Source of the DNA: Anthoceros angustus
Taxonomy: Eukaryota > Plantae > Anthocerotophyta
Direction of reading: 5' to 3'
Length of the DNA: 64,000 bases
Assembly: GCA_010909165.1 (NCBI GenBank)
Contig: VJWM01000025.1
Location: forward strand, 1,240,001 to 1,304,000
Shown here: positions 36,843 through 49,600 of the stretch, one piece after another
Layout: each line of letters starts with the position of its first letter
Position numbering within the stretch: position 1 is the first letter of the stretch
The notes under the pieces: model-generated
What the model saw: only the letters and a program-made list of their open reading frames with translations
What the model was told of the DNA's origin: nothing
Database searches by the model: none
Made by a program: the position numbers and the translations under genes

Positions 36843-39688
36843 ATGGTAAGCTCCCGTGAATGACACATCCCCTGGAGGCTGAGAAGCCATGCAAAAGATT
36901 TGATGCGCAGGCCTGGTACAAAGCTGAGATGACCTCGGATGACAAGTCTGCTTGCAACTCTTGACTTGTGCACAGGCCCCTTACATAGCAGACGGACGTG
37001 AAAACAGCAGCAGCGCTGTGGCACCACTACAAGCTGCAGAAATTAATTCCAACGGCAGCATCAAGCTGGTTGCCAGCGACGAACACCCTGCCTTCAAGGA
37101 GCTTCAGCTCACAATCGATGGCTGTGAGCTGGACAAGTCCAAGCTGCAGGCCCCGAGTGACGATGACCCTACGGACCCCGACCTGGTGGAGGATGGAGCA
37201 GTGGACATCCATGGCGGCCCGGTGTACAGATCCAAGACAGGAAACTGGAAGGCCTGCATTCCGATTTTCGGTAAGCTGTTGCACCTCGCCCGGGGTGGGG
37301 GTGAGAGTGGGCCTGACCTGAAACAAACTCCACATCAGAAGTTAAAAAATGCGTAGAATAGTGAAATAATGCACACGTCTCGATGCTGCGCGTCTGCCTA
37401 TGTTTCACGATCTCCGATCCTAAGCTTGCATGCATGCAAATGCAAATGCTGCAGGCTGCGAAGTGTGCGAGAGGGTGGCCTTCTACTCCATCACCTCCAA
37501 CCTCGTCACCTACTTGACAACAGTGCTACACGAAAACGTTGCGGAGAGTGCGAGAAATGTGAACAACATCACTGGAACTACCTTCCTCACTCCCCTGTTT
37601 GGGGCATTTATAGCGGATGCGTACCTGGGCCGCTTCTGGACCATCGCCGTCTTCTTGTGTGGCTACTTTCTGGTATACAAATTCGCTGCTCTGAACCTTC
37701 CATCTTCTCAAATCGGTGGCGGTTGATCACAATTTGGAACCTGTCTCTTCTGCAGGCACTCATCTTCGTCACAATGGCCGTCACCATTCCTTCGCTAAAA
37801 CCTCCGGAATGCGGCAGCCCAGCCTGCCCAAGGGCCACAAGGTTCCAAGTTGGTTTCTTCTACTTTGCCCTCTACCTCATGGCCCTGGGCGCAGGTGGGA
37901 TCAAGGCATGCGTTTCCACCTTCGCCGGGGACCAATTTGACGAGACAGACGAGAGGGAAAGCATGAGGAAGAAGTCGTTTCCTAATTGGTGGTTTGTCAG
38001 CATCAGTTTCGGGACCATGCTCTCTGTCAGCATCCTGGTGTATGTTCAGGTTGGTCACTTTCACCACAAGCACCGGCCTCAAGCAAGCAGATCTCTATAA
38101 GACCTGCCTTGAAATCACGCTATGCTGCCTGCAGGTACACGCCGGCTGGTCTTGGGGTTATGGCGCGCCGGCTGTGGTCACAGGAATCTGCACGGGCCTG
38201 TTTCTCCTGGCCACCCCCTTATACCGGCATCAAATACCATCAGGGAGCCCTCTCACGCGAGTGGCTCAGGTTATAATTGCAGCATTTCGAAAGTGGAAGG
38301 TGACGGTACCTGTACATCAGGAGCTCCTGTACGAGGTGGAAGACAAGGAGTGCTCTTCTCCGCGCTTTAGGAAATTGCCACACAGCACAGAGTTCTCGTA
38401 AGCAACAAGCTCCTTCATGAATTCAGGACTACTGATTCAAAATTCCTGCCACTGCCTATCACAACATCCTGGGCAACATACAATCTGCGAACTGCGGCAG
38501 CTTCTAATTACACCTGAACTGCAGGTTTCTGGATAAGGCTGCAACCGCAACAACGGAAGACGAGGCCGCCATACTTCGACTAGCCAACGGGGACGCCCCT
38601 GCTATGACAGCTCCATCAATCAACCCCTGGCGACTATGCACAGTTACACAAGTGGAGGAAGTGAAGCTGTTGATCAGGCAGCTACCCATTTGGTTCACCA
38701 ACTTGATGTTCTCGGCAGTGTTCGCCCAAGTGGGCACCTTGTTTCTGAGCCAAGGTTCCACCATGGATAGGAGCATGGGACCCAACTTCAAAATCCCGGC
38801 GGCCTCCTTCCCTCTCTTCATCACGCTCACGATCTGCATCTTCCTGCCACTCTATGACAAGTACTTCGTGCGGTTTGCACGCACCTTCACTGGTGATGAA
38901 CGGGGCTTGACTATGCTGCAGCGAATTGGAGTGGGTCAGGTAACGAAAATCCTTGCCACTGCTCAAAAATCTGCCATCTTACTGACACAGCAAAACATAC
39001 TTGGTCAGGGTGCTAATCACAAAACTTGACGGTGGTGCAACAGGTGATTTCAACAATTTCTATAGCCATAGCGGCACTCGTAGAAATCAAGAGGCTGAAG
39101 GTGGCCAGAGAGCACGGCCTGCTGGACCTGCCGCAGGAGGTTGTCCCCATGTCCATATTCTGGCTTCTCCCCCAGTACACTATCACTGGCTTCTCCGAGG
39201 TATTTATCTCTGTAGGACAACTAGAGTTTTTCTACGACCAAGCACCTGACACAATGCGCAGCGTTGGGACAGCTCTCTATCTCAGCACCGTTGCTGTTGG
39301 GAGCTACTGTAGCAGTCTTCTTGTGACTGTGGTTACCCGAATCTCTTCCCCAAATGACAGCACCGGGGGCTGGATTGGGAACAACCTCAACAGAAGCCAT
39401 TTAGACTACTTCTATTGGTTACTCACCATACTTAGCACACTCAACTTCTTCATATACCTGGCCTGCGCCCACTGGTACACCTACAAGAGTATTCCAGGGA
39501 ACCTCAGCTCAAGGAGGTCGTCGGAGAGGGCAGCTTCCAAGGTGATCATTCGATATGTGGATCCGACAACCAAGGGCATAGTGCAATACATCAATCCTGT
39601 GACCACTACAGAGCTGCAGACCTTCAGCAACATTTCTCCCAGGCAGGAGCGACAAAGTCCAGACCTTTCACCTCTTCGCCTCTTCTAG
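36843..39688 (+). CDS. NRT1/PTR family (NPF) proton-coupled nitrate/peptide transporter, about 7 exons
   Basis: TGNWKAC, ExxER motif EVCERVAFY, GAFIADAYLGRF, GGIKACVSTFAGDQFD, PSGSPLTRVAQV, LCTVTQVEEVK, EFFYDQAPDTMRS, LDYFYWLL. Start is probably ATG|GTAAG at 36843. Confidence 0.95.
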
Positions 39689-41229
39689 TATAATTTTTGA
39701 GACGCGCAGATGATTGTCTGAAGTCTCCTCTCAGGGGGAGCCCTGCGGCAGGCATACAGGCAGTGAGGATTCTTCCATTCGGGGCCAAGCTTCAACAAAG
39801 AGTGTCCCAAGAGCAGGAAAGAGCACAAATTACGGCAGCGACCATTGTGTATATGCGGGATATAGGTGAGCATTTACTAGTCCATAGGAGGTCTACTTGA
39901 ATTTTTACCCCCTAGTTCACTCTTTAAGCTTTAAACTAGCAACCGTGATCGCACCGCATGCTGTTAACACCTCTAGAAAGAAGGTGCTTGTAACCCATCT
40001 AGACCAAAACATTAACTCCTAGTCAATCTGTAAGCTTAAAACCCCAATTTAAAATTGGCATACTTAGCTCACAGATTTTTGTTTTGTTTTTTTTATTTGG
40101 TATTACTTAGCTCATAGATAGCAAAGAATGAGAATATCAGGCTTTCTTACCATATCCATATGCCTGCACAAAATCCATTCTTCTGCTCTGCCCTTGGACG
40201 CATCCTTTAGAGCACAGAATGTAGTTACAGATGGTTCAGGTCACTCCGCTGCCCAAGTAGCTGCAGACTGCTGGTATCAGCATTTCCCTGGAATAGATCC
40301 TCAGGCACATGTTACAGATGAAAGTATTACAACAATCTGAACTTGTGGCCATTGATGTCAACAGGTGCTGACTCATGGCATTCTAGCAACGAGCATCTCA
40401 CAAGCTATACTGGACAAGGGCAACGGGCGAGACCGACCCCTCACACCAAACAAGTCCCCAAGTCATGGCATACACTCTCACGGTTTCGTGGGAGCCCAGG
40501 TTTCGATGCCCAACGCAGGAGCAACAGGTTGCGTGAACAACACCTCTGGAACACCTTTGACACACAGGAACTCCCTGGAAACTGCAAATCAAAACAAGAA
40601 GACCGACAAGCCCCCGGATGCAATGTCCTGACGCAGAACCTCACCACCTGGGTCAAAAGATAACGAAAAGGGGCACTGATGCTGCTGAGACAGAACATGT
40701 TCACAGTGGCAAAGACGACACAAAGAGAGCTTCGTGGCTGAAACCCTAGCTTTACCAAGTACAGTACATTCTCGTCATGATTCGATCAAAAGCCCTAGGA
40801 ACGGGAAACAGGTCAAGAGGCCTGCCAGGGCGGAGTGTGCATTCCACACGAGGTAAACCAACAAGAGATACAATAGACCGTGCATCGCCCTACAGCAGCT
40901 ATAATGCATCATAAACTTACAGTCACATGCCACTGCCAAGCAGCAGGAAGATGCTGGAAGATGGGCGAGCAGCGGCACATTCCAGAGAATCTTGACAAGC
41001 CCTCGCGCTAGAAACCGCCACAGCTTAAAGGATGCAGTTTTGGCGCCAAATCGTACTTTAAACCAGCCTACTGCTCCCTAACCAAATGTGGCCCGTTAAT
41101 GTTTTTCCCTTCTACTCCCACTGATATGGCCTCACCGAAACCCTATATGCCTACCTGCCTCAAACAGGCATCGGTGCATGAATCCCCGAACCAGATCTTC
41201 AATCTCGGTCGAAGAAAGAGCTAGCAAGC

Positions 41230-41425
41230 TCAATCCTTCATCTCCTGAATCAATCCTTTACTCTCGAATCAATCCTTCTTCTCCCGAATCAATCCTCCTT
41301 CTCCCGAATCAATCTTCATCTCCCGAAACAATCCTTCATCTCTGGACTCAATCCTTCATCTCCGGACTCAATCCTTCATCTCCCGAAACAATCCTTCATC
41401 TTCCGCATGAATCCTTCATTTCCTG
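41230..41425. repeat. ~20-bp tandem minisatellite (second copy at ~43543-43740)
   Basis: aatccttcatctcccgaatc variants, about 9 copies. Confidence 0.8.
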
Positions 41426-41487
41426 AATCCACAGGCTTCCCGATGAAGAGGAGGAGGACGCAGGAATCAGGACCAGGCAGCAGCATC

Positions 41488-42170
41488 TAAGCCAGGCCAA
41501 TGTGATCCTCTGCTGGCTGGCGGCCAAGCTCTCCAGCAAAGCACGGGCATGCAGCTGCACCTCAGAATCTTCCTCCGCCGCCGCAGCAGCGGCCTGCACC
41601 ACGGCCTCCTCCGGGCACGCCGCGCACAGCCTCCAGCCCCGCCTCGCACTGCACCAGGTTGGCCAGCACCTCCAGAGCGGCGCGCCGAGTCTTATCATCA
41701 GGCGCAGTGTGCAGCATCCGCATCAAGGGGGGGACTGCACCTGCCTCCACCACGAACTTGCGCCTCTCGTCCTTGTAGGCCATGAGGTTGAGCCGGGAGG
41801 CTCCGCTGCGCTGCAGAAAGGGATCCTTGCATCGCACCTGCCCGATGGCCGGCCGCACCCAGCTGTCTCCCATGCTGGTCATCACGTTCATGGTGCCGTA
41901 CAGCAGCGGCACTCCCAGCGCCACCTTCAGGATCCCTCGCACCATGCGATCCGTTCGGGAGCTCGGCTCCGGCTCCGGCTCCCCTTCCGGCACCTCATCT
42001 TCCAGGCCCTCATCAGCAGCATCTTCTGCTTGCGCTTGCCCTCCTGCATCCGCCTTTGAAGACAACGGCCGTAGCGACAGCGCACTGCGAGTAGCGTCGA
42101 TTCCGCCGATTTCCCTACAACCCAGCGCTCTCGCCAAGGAGGAGAACCCCCGGAGTCTGGCTAGCGCCAT
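41488..42170 (-). CDS. Small ARM-repeat-like protein with putative mitochondrial presequence and one hydrophobic helix (copy 1; frameshift near 41610)
   Basis: MALARLRGFSSLARALG leader; KDPFLQRSGASRL...DERRKFVVEAGAVPPLMRML...TRRAALEVLANL. Confidence 0.7.
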
Positions 42171-42284
42171 GGCTATTCTGCGACCACCTAAGCACAAGGC
42201 ACTAAAACGAGAGAGGTTGCTTTACTGTTCTCCATACACATGGAAAACCCATGTGCTTATTAGAGACCAGTCTTTTCAGGGTAT

Positions 42285-42900
42285 ACATAGCACTTATGCT
42301 GGACCTTCTGGGGAGGCCTTGTCGTGCTATGGAAGGATGCGACAGGAAGGTTTGCAACCAGACAGTTTTTCGTTTGTCTGCTTACCCAAGGCATGCAGAA
42401 GATTGCAAAACCTGGAGGAGGTTAAGCGGATTCATGCTCATGATGTGGCATGTGGGCTGGTCTCGGATGAGTTTGTTGGGAGCAGTTTGATCGGTGGACT
42501 TGTATGCCAAGTGTGGGAGCATGGTTGGTGGATGCCCGGAAGGTGTTTGATAGCTTGTCCCAGCGAGACGTGGTGGCATGGAATGTGATGCTTGCAGGAT
42601 ACTCTCAGCAGGGACTTTGGGGAATGGCAATGACGGCGTTTCGTGAGATGCACCAGGCTGGAGGTATGCCGGATGCACGGACGTTTGTCAGTGCTCTTCA
42701 AGCATGTGGCAGAAAAGGACGGAAAGCACGCTCTGGGATGGGAAGAATGTGAACTGGGTGGAAGCCTTGAAAGTGGGAAGTGAACTGTTACATGCAGAAG
42801 GTGGTAGAAGCGGGTTTGTGTCGGACATGTTTCGTGGCAACAGCAACACACTGGTGAGTATGCATGCAAAGTGTGAGAGCCTTGCAAACGGCACTCCTAG
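42285..42900 (+). pseudogene. PLS-PPR remnant (copy 1)
   Basis: EALSCYGRMRQEGLQPDSFSFVCLPKAC and LVDARKVFDSLSQRDVVAWNVMLAGY in shifting frames; identical lesions in both copies. Confidence 0.75.
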
Positions 42901-43799
42901 GTGAACGGTAAATGAATTCATCGTTCACTGAGACCTTGGCCATCTGCAATTGGCTCTCTAACTGTATCTGCTCCTTGCTCATGTCTTGCTCTAAGAGGTG
43001 TCATTGCATCTGCAGGGAGCCTCATGTCATGCTTCAAGAGGAGGAGTTATCTTATAACAAACATGTACCAAGAAAAGTACATTCTCGTCATGATTCGATC
43101 AAAAGCCCTAGGAACGGGAAACAGGTCAAGAGGCCTGCCAGGGCGGAGTGTGCATTCCACACGAGGTAAACCAACAAGAGATACAATAGACCGTGCATCG
43201 CCCTACAGCAGCTATAATGCATCATAAACTTACAGTCACATGCCACTGCCAAGCAGCAGGAAGATGCTGGAAGATGGGCGAGCAGCGGCACATTCCAGAG
43301 AATCTTGACAAGCCCTCGCGCTAGAAACCGCCACAGCTTAAAGGATGCAGTTTTGGCGCCAAATCGTACTTTAAACCAGCCTACTGCTCCCTAACCAAAT
43401 GTGGCCCGTTAATGTTTTTCCCTTCTACTCCCACTGATATGGCCTCACCGAAACCCTATATGCCTACCTGCCTCAAACAGGCATCGGTGCATGAATCCCC
43501 GAACCAGATCTTCAATCTCGGTCGAAGAAAGAGCTAGCAAGCTCAATCCTTCATCTCCTGAATCAATCCTTTACTCTCGAATCAATCCTTCTTCTCCCGA
43601 ATCAATCCTCCTTCTCCCGAATCAATCTTCATCTCCCGAAACAATCCTTCATCTCTGGACTCAATCCTTCATCTCCGGACTCAATCCTTCATCTCCCGAA
43701 ACAATCCTTCATCTTCCGCATGAATCCTTCATTTCCTGAATCCACAGGCTTCCCGATGAAGAGGAGGAGGACGCAGGAATCAGGACCAGGCAGCAGCAT

Positions 43800-44482
43800 C
43801 TAAGCCAGGCCAATGTGATCCCTCTGCTGGCTGGCGGCCAAGCTCTCCAGCAAAGCACGGGCATGCAGCTGCACCTCAGAATCTTCCTCCGCCGCCGCAG
43901 CAGCGGCCTGCACCACGGCCTCTCCTCCGGGCACGCCGCGCACAGCCTCCAGCCCCGCCTCGCACTGCACCAGGTTGGCCAGCACCTCCAGAGCGGCGCG
44001 CCGAGTCTTATCATCAGGCGCAGTGTGCAGCATCCGCATCAAGGGGGGGACTGCACCTGCCTCCACCACGAACTTGCGCCTCTCGTCCTTGTAGGCCATG
44101 AGGTTGAGCCGGGAGGCTCCGCTGCGCTGCAGAAAAGGGATCCTTGCATCGCACCTGCCCGATGGCCGGCCGCACCCAGCTGTCTCCCATGCTGGTCATC
44201 ACGTTCATGGTGCCGTACAGCGGCACTCCCAGCGCCACCTTCAGGATCCCTCGCACCATGCGATCCGTTCGGGAGCTCGGCTCCGGCTCCGGCTCCCCTT
44301 CCGGCACCTCATCTTCCAGGCCCTCATCAGCAGCATCTTCTGCTTGCGCTTGCCCTCCTGCATCCGCCTTTGAAGACAACGGCCGTAGCGACAGCGCACT
44401 GCGAGTAGCGTCGATTCCGCCGATTTCCTACAACCCAGCGCTCTCGCCAAGGAGGAGAACCCCGGAGTCTGGCTAGCGCCAT
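43800..44482 (-). CDS. ARM-repeat-like protein, copy 2 (frameshifts in the 5' half, intact C-terminus)
   Basis: Duplicate of copy 1; ORF 43800-44099 supplies the C-terminus ...VPGGEAVVQAAAAAAEEDSEVQLHARALLESLAASQQRDHIGLA*. Confidence 0.65.
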
Positions 44483-44596
44483 GGCTATTCTGCGACCACC
44501 TAAGCACAAGGCACTAAAACGAGAGAGGTTGCTTTACTGTTCTCCATACACATGGAAAACCCATGTGCTTATTAGAGACCAGTCTTTTCAGGGTAT

Positions 44597-45212
44597 ACAT
44601 AGCACTTATGCTGGACCTTCTGGGGAGGCCTTGTCGTGCTATGGAAGGATGCGACAGGAAGGTTTGCAACCAGACAGTTTTTCGTTTGTCTGCTTACCCA
44701 AGGCATGCAGAAGATTGCAAAACCTGGAGGAGGTTAAGCGGATTCATGCTCATGATGTGGCATGTGGGCTGGTCTCGGATGAGTTTGTTGGGAGCAGTTT
44801 GATCGGTGGACTTGTATGCCAAGTGTGGGAGCATGGTTGGTGGATGCCCGGAAGGTGTTTGATAGCTTGTCCCAGCGAGACGTGGTGGCATGGAATGTGA
44901 TGCTTGCAGGATACTCTCAGCAGGGACTTTGGGGAATGGCAATGACGGCGTTTCGTGAGATGCACCAGGCTGGAGGTATGCCGGATGCACGGACGTTTGT
45001 CAGTGCTCTTCAAGCATGTGGCAGAAAAGGACGGAAAGCACGCTCTGGGATGGGAAGAATGTGAACTGGGTGGAAGCCTTGAAAGTGGGAAGTGAACTGT
45101 TACATGCAGAAGGTGGTAGAAGCGGGTTTGTGTCGGACATGTTTCGTGGCAACAGCAACACACTGGTGAGTATGCATGCAAAGTGTGAGAGCCTTGCAAA
45201 CGGCACTCCTAG
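44597..45212 (+). pseudogene. PLS-PPR remnant (copy 2)
   Basis: Same sequence as 42285-42900. Confidence 0.75.
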
Positions 45213-46661
45213 GTGAACGGTAAATGAATTCATCGTTCACTGAGACCTTGGCCATCTGCAATTGGCTCTCTAACTGTATCTGCTCCTTGCTCATGTCTTG
45301 CTCTAAGAGGTGTCATTGCATCTGCAGGGAGCCTCATGTCATGCTTCAAGAGGAGGAGTTATCTTATAACAAACATGTACCAAGAAAAGTATTGTATCAT
45401 ACAACAGCCTTACAAATGCATCAACATATGGTAGCTTGGTCAAAGCAACAAGCTGGATAATTTTCCGGGAATTGCAGTGAGGCGGTTGCCGGCGACTGAT
45501 CCTTCCACACCCGCATTCACTGTGCCCACGATAGCCCTCATCTGATAGATCATCTTATGGGTGCAGCTGGGCAGAGTCCGTCCAGTCATGGCGACCTTCC
45601 TCAGTTCCCAGTTCCCTCCTTTTCCTGTTCTCCCTGCAACCCAGGGGTCCGGAGCGGATTGTGGAATGGCCGGACCAAAGCCAACGGCCGGGGCTACAGA
45701 TTTGTTGGGTTTTCTCATCTGTGCTTGTTTTGATTTGTATTGCGCAGGACTGGTAGCCGCCCATGGTGCGGAGGCCACCAGGGTAGGGTGCGTGTTGTGT
45801 GGCCCTCCGTGATTTCCAGCGCACAATACTGATGTTGCGCGGCCCTCCACACTTGACAGAGTATCAAGTCACAGTCTGATGCATTACAGCCCGATTTTGT
45901 AGTTCAGTGTGGGTGAATTCGCTGTCCAGGTGACGAGTAACCCTTTCAATGGTGCGGGGACCCGCAGTGTATCCGGATAGGAGATAGAAATGGAGCTGAA
46001 ATTGGAGGCTTGAAACTCAAAAGACATCTGGCACTGGGGCTGCTGCCGGTCAACATGGAACTCTTCCACGCTACACGAACCCAACGCTAAGTATTCAGCA
46101 GTGCAGCGACCCATGTCCAGAAAAGGTAATATTTGCGTGACTCATCAAACCTCATGCACTAAGGATGTCAGCGGCCTCCAATCCAAGGCCGATAAAGGAC
46201 ATAGTATAACAAAATGGGACTTCCCAGACATGGAAGCGGAAAAACTGTACAGGCTGTCAACAACGCCTAGCAAAAAAGAGTGCGACAAGAACCTGCTTAT
46301 CCTTAAACGTGCTCATGCTCTAGATACGAGTACCTCATTCGAAACGCATATGATGTGAAAACTGCTTAAGTCGCACAGCTTTGATGTTTCCTCAATGAAA
46401 GTTTAGCCTGCCGTCCCATTCTACCGTTTGGTTCCAGTAAGCAAGGTAGGTATCATATGGACTTCTGCATGTATAGCGGTTCACATCAAGGGCATCATCC
46501 TCAGCCTGCGAGGTTCAAACTAGCAATGACAGCCCAGGAGATGGGTTACCTTGAAAAATTGCAACCCTCCCATAGACGTGTTTGGATGTCTGACGTTATT
46601 ACGAACTACCCTTTCAGAATGCGATCCCTCCAACAACATCGCCTTGGAGTCCGTCTCATAC

Positions 46662-49600
46662 TCATGGACCCTTTTGCATGACTTGCTGGAATGTTTGTAC
46701 CATCCAATCCGCATATGCTAGGAACCCATATGACCGGTCTTCAACCATAGTAGATAGTAGCAGATTTCCCTCCCTAGGTTGGTCTCCTTGGCGTATTGCC
46801 ACACACTGTTGATAGGAAGCAGGATCATGATCCCGTAATGTTTTCAACAAACTATGCAGTCGCTTTGAAACTATATTGTTGTGCTCTCTCACCGGGACCT
46901 GTTCCAAACAACAATGCCAACAAAGACTACATCAGCAACAACATCTGGGTATTGAAGGCAATACCTGCAACTGAAAGGTAAGAGCTGCAAGGATGTCAAA
47001 AGAAAGATTGACTCCTACCTTGCTTATATCCGAGAGGTTCACAGCTTCAGGGCCAAGTATACTTGCGACAATCTCTTGTGAAAACATCTTCCCGAACCAC
47101 AGGACACACCGTAAGCCATCATCCAAGACATAGGCTCCACGTGGGTCAAGCCTCTCTGAAGAAAGGGGCAGAGACGGAGGCAAGTCTTTCGGCACAGCCT
47201 CTCCCGAGTTAAGGACCTGCATGGAACCTTGCACTATTAGCCATTTGCTAACCATCCCAATGAAAGCCAACAAGATCTTATACTGACCTGTGTAAGATAG
47301 CCATCAACCTGGTACAGTGAAGGATAAAGTAGTTTTAAAAGTCGTGGTATTGGAATTGTCATTATCTCATAGGCACAGGCTGATCGTTCATCTGGCTGTG
47401 CATCCAAAGCCCCTCCCCTCAATGCCAATGACTTGCAAATTGCTAGGGTGTACAGTGGAAGGAGCCTCAAAGCTTCTGGGTATATCAGTCTTCCTGCTAT
47501 TTGATGACTAGCTGCAAACATATTGCGGTACTCCCGCAAACTGCGGACCAATCTCAACTGCGTCACATACCGGGCATCCTCGAGTTTCGCAACCATTGAT
47601 TTTTCAACCGCTACATTCAGCAAATGGGTACCGGTTAGCAGAGAGACCGAAGTCGACATAACTCTACTATTCCACTACAGACAAGAGGCTGAGAGGCACA
47701 ACAATACCAAGCCTGCTCAATAGAGCCACAGCAGCTCCACAATCAGCTGTCCGATACATCTCAGAAAGGTCGCCGACAACTGGAGTGGCCATAGTATGAA
47801 CTCTGATACGCCTTTCCCCTGATGATGATGTGTAGCTGCCAGCAAAGTCAAGGGAGACCAGGTCCAAAGTTCACATGCGTAAAAAACAAACACCAGACCA
47901 AAAACAATCCATGACTGTTCACAGAAGCGAAAATCGCCCACTCTGGAAGGGCTTTGGTAAGGATACAGCAGCGCAACTTGGAAATAGACTGTTTGTGTTG
48001 TCAGCAGCGTGTCATCCAGGGATATTTGAAGACCAAACGCTTTGTCGCAATCTACAGCTGGCAGGGCCAGCAAATCTGTGCTCCTTAACATAAAATGGCC
48101 ATGGAAAGATGAAAACCTTAACCCTGAACACACCACAGATGGCTAACGTAAGGGATGAGAAGACCACCACCAAAGATGTGAGCAGAGGTCTCACACACCA
48201 AAGCAAGTGGATTTCACAGCATCGCCTACGTCACCTTTGCCACATCTTATGCGCATAACAGCTTCCCAAGCCGTCTCTCTTGTCAAGTCCCTTGATAGAT
48301 CATATTTGAACTTCTCCCCATGCAAGTGTGCCTGAAACCCGGGGTAGAAGTACACCTGCCCACCGGTATATTTTGCTAATGTGCCTACAGAAAACATCGG
48401 TTCCAAATGTTAATATGACAGAACACATGGCCCACAGGTAAGCAATTTCCCCTGATTAGTTGCTTCAGGCCCTCCTTTGCTCACCTAGAGATGCTAGATC
48501 CGTGTATCTTTCAGAAAATGCATAGAGGTTTACACCAATCTGAAACTTTGAACAGTCACCAGCCATTGTTTTATAAAATGGGTCCTCAGTAACACGGATT
48601 GTGTGTTCTCGATCAGTGCCATATATACGACCATCTTCCCCCCTTAGCTTCAGACGTCCATTGCCTAAAGAAGGCAACGTACTTTGAAAGATGAGCACCT
48701 TGCCTCCCAGTGGGCTCTGTAACAGGGTTGTTCCAAGTCAAGAGACATTCCAAAAACTTGAGAAAGGGAACAACAGCAGAAACTGAAAAAAAACAAAGCT
48801 GCCAACCATTTCCTGACTTACCATCAAAGTATATGTGGCACGCAGGGCCGGACCAAGGGCTGATTCGATGTTGAGTGTGCTCTGGAACATTGCAGGTAGG
48901 CTGTCTAGAAGGGCCTCTACAACTTTCCGTGATTCGGAGAGGTTAACCAGTAAATCGTCTGGCACTGGAAGGAAAGGGTCATCCAGGTCTGCCACCACCA
49001 TCATCTGAGGCTGTGTCAAGGTACCCTGTGCAACCAACCCAGGGATCAGACTCCAGGAAAACAAAACTACCTGCAAACTAGGGATTATGGGAAAGCACCT
49101 CAGAAGGAAGTAAGGTCCTCTACTCAGGCACAGAAGCGAGGTTACCTTCAGCATGTGGAAATGCAGAGTGCTGTCGAATGTGAGAAAACCAATCTGTGTC
49201 CTCGGAAACCCTGGCAGACTGTCCAAACTTGATCTTATAGTATCAACAGCCACCTGCACCGACCTTCACAGGGAGCATTCAGAAGCTTGTTGGACAAACA
49301 AGGTGAATGAACACAGTAAAGTACCCTCAAAACCTATCTTCAGCAGCAGCTCCCCATTCACTGGGCATTGCAAAGAAACAGAGACAAAGATGTTGTGTAC
49401 CTGCAGCATTCCAGATCTCACTGATGCCGACGAGACATCAATTAAGAAGAAGTATGAAGGTGGCATGGGAGCCCTGACCATGTACTCAGTTGGAGCAACA
49501 AATTCCACACTGCCCTTGCAGAGCTCTGGCCTTTCGTCGGCATCCCTTCGCCTTCCACTTTCATCAACGGGGCAAAAGTAATCCACCGGGACTGCCACAA

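Larger units (their letters stand above)
40763..45391. repeat. Tandem direct duplication of a ~2313-bp unit (40763-43075 and 43076-45391)
   Basis: Copies differ only by a few small indels in the GC-rich ARM gene; AGTA microhomology at the junction. Confidence 0.93.
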
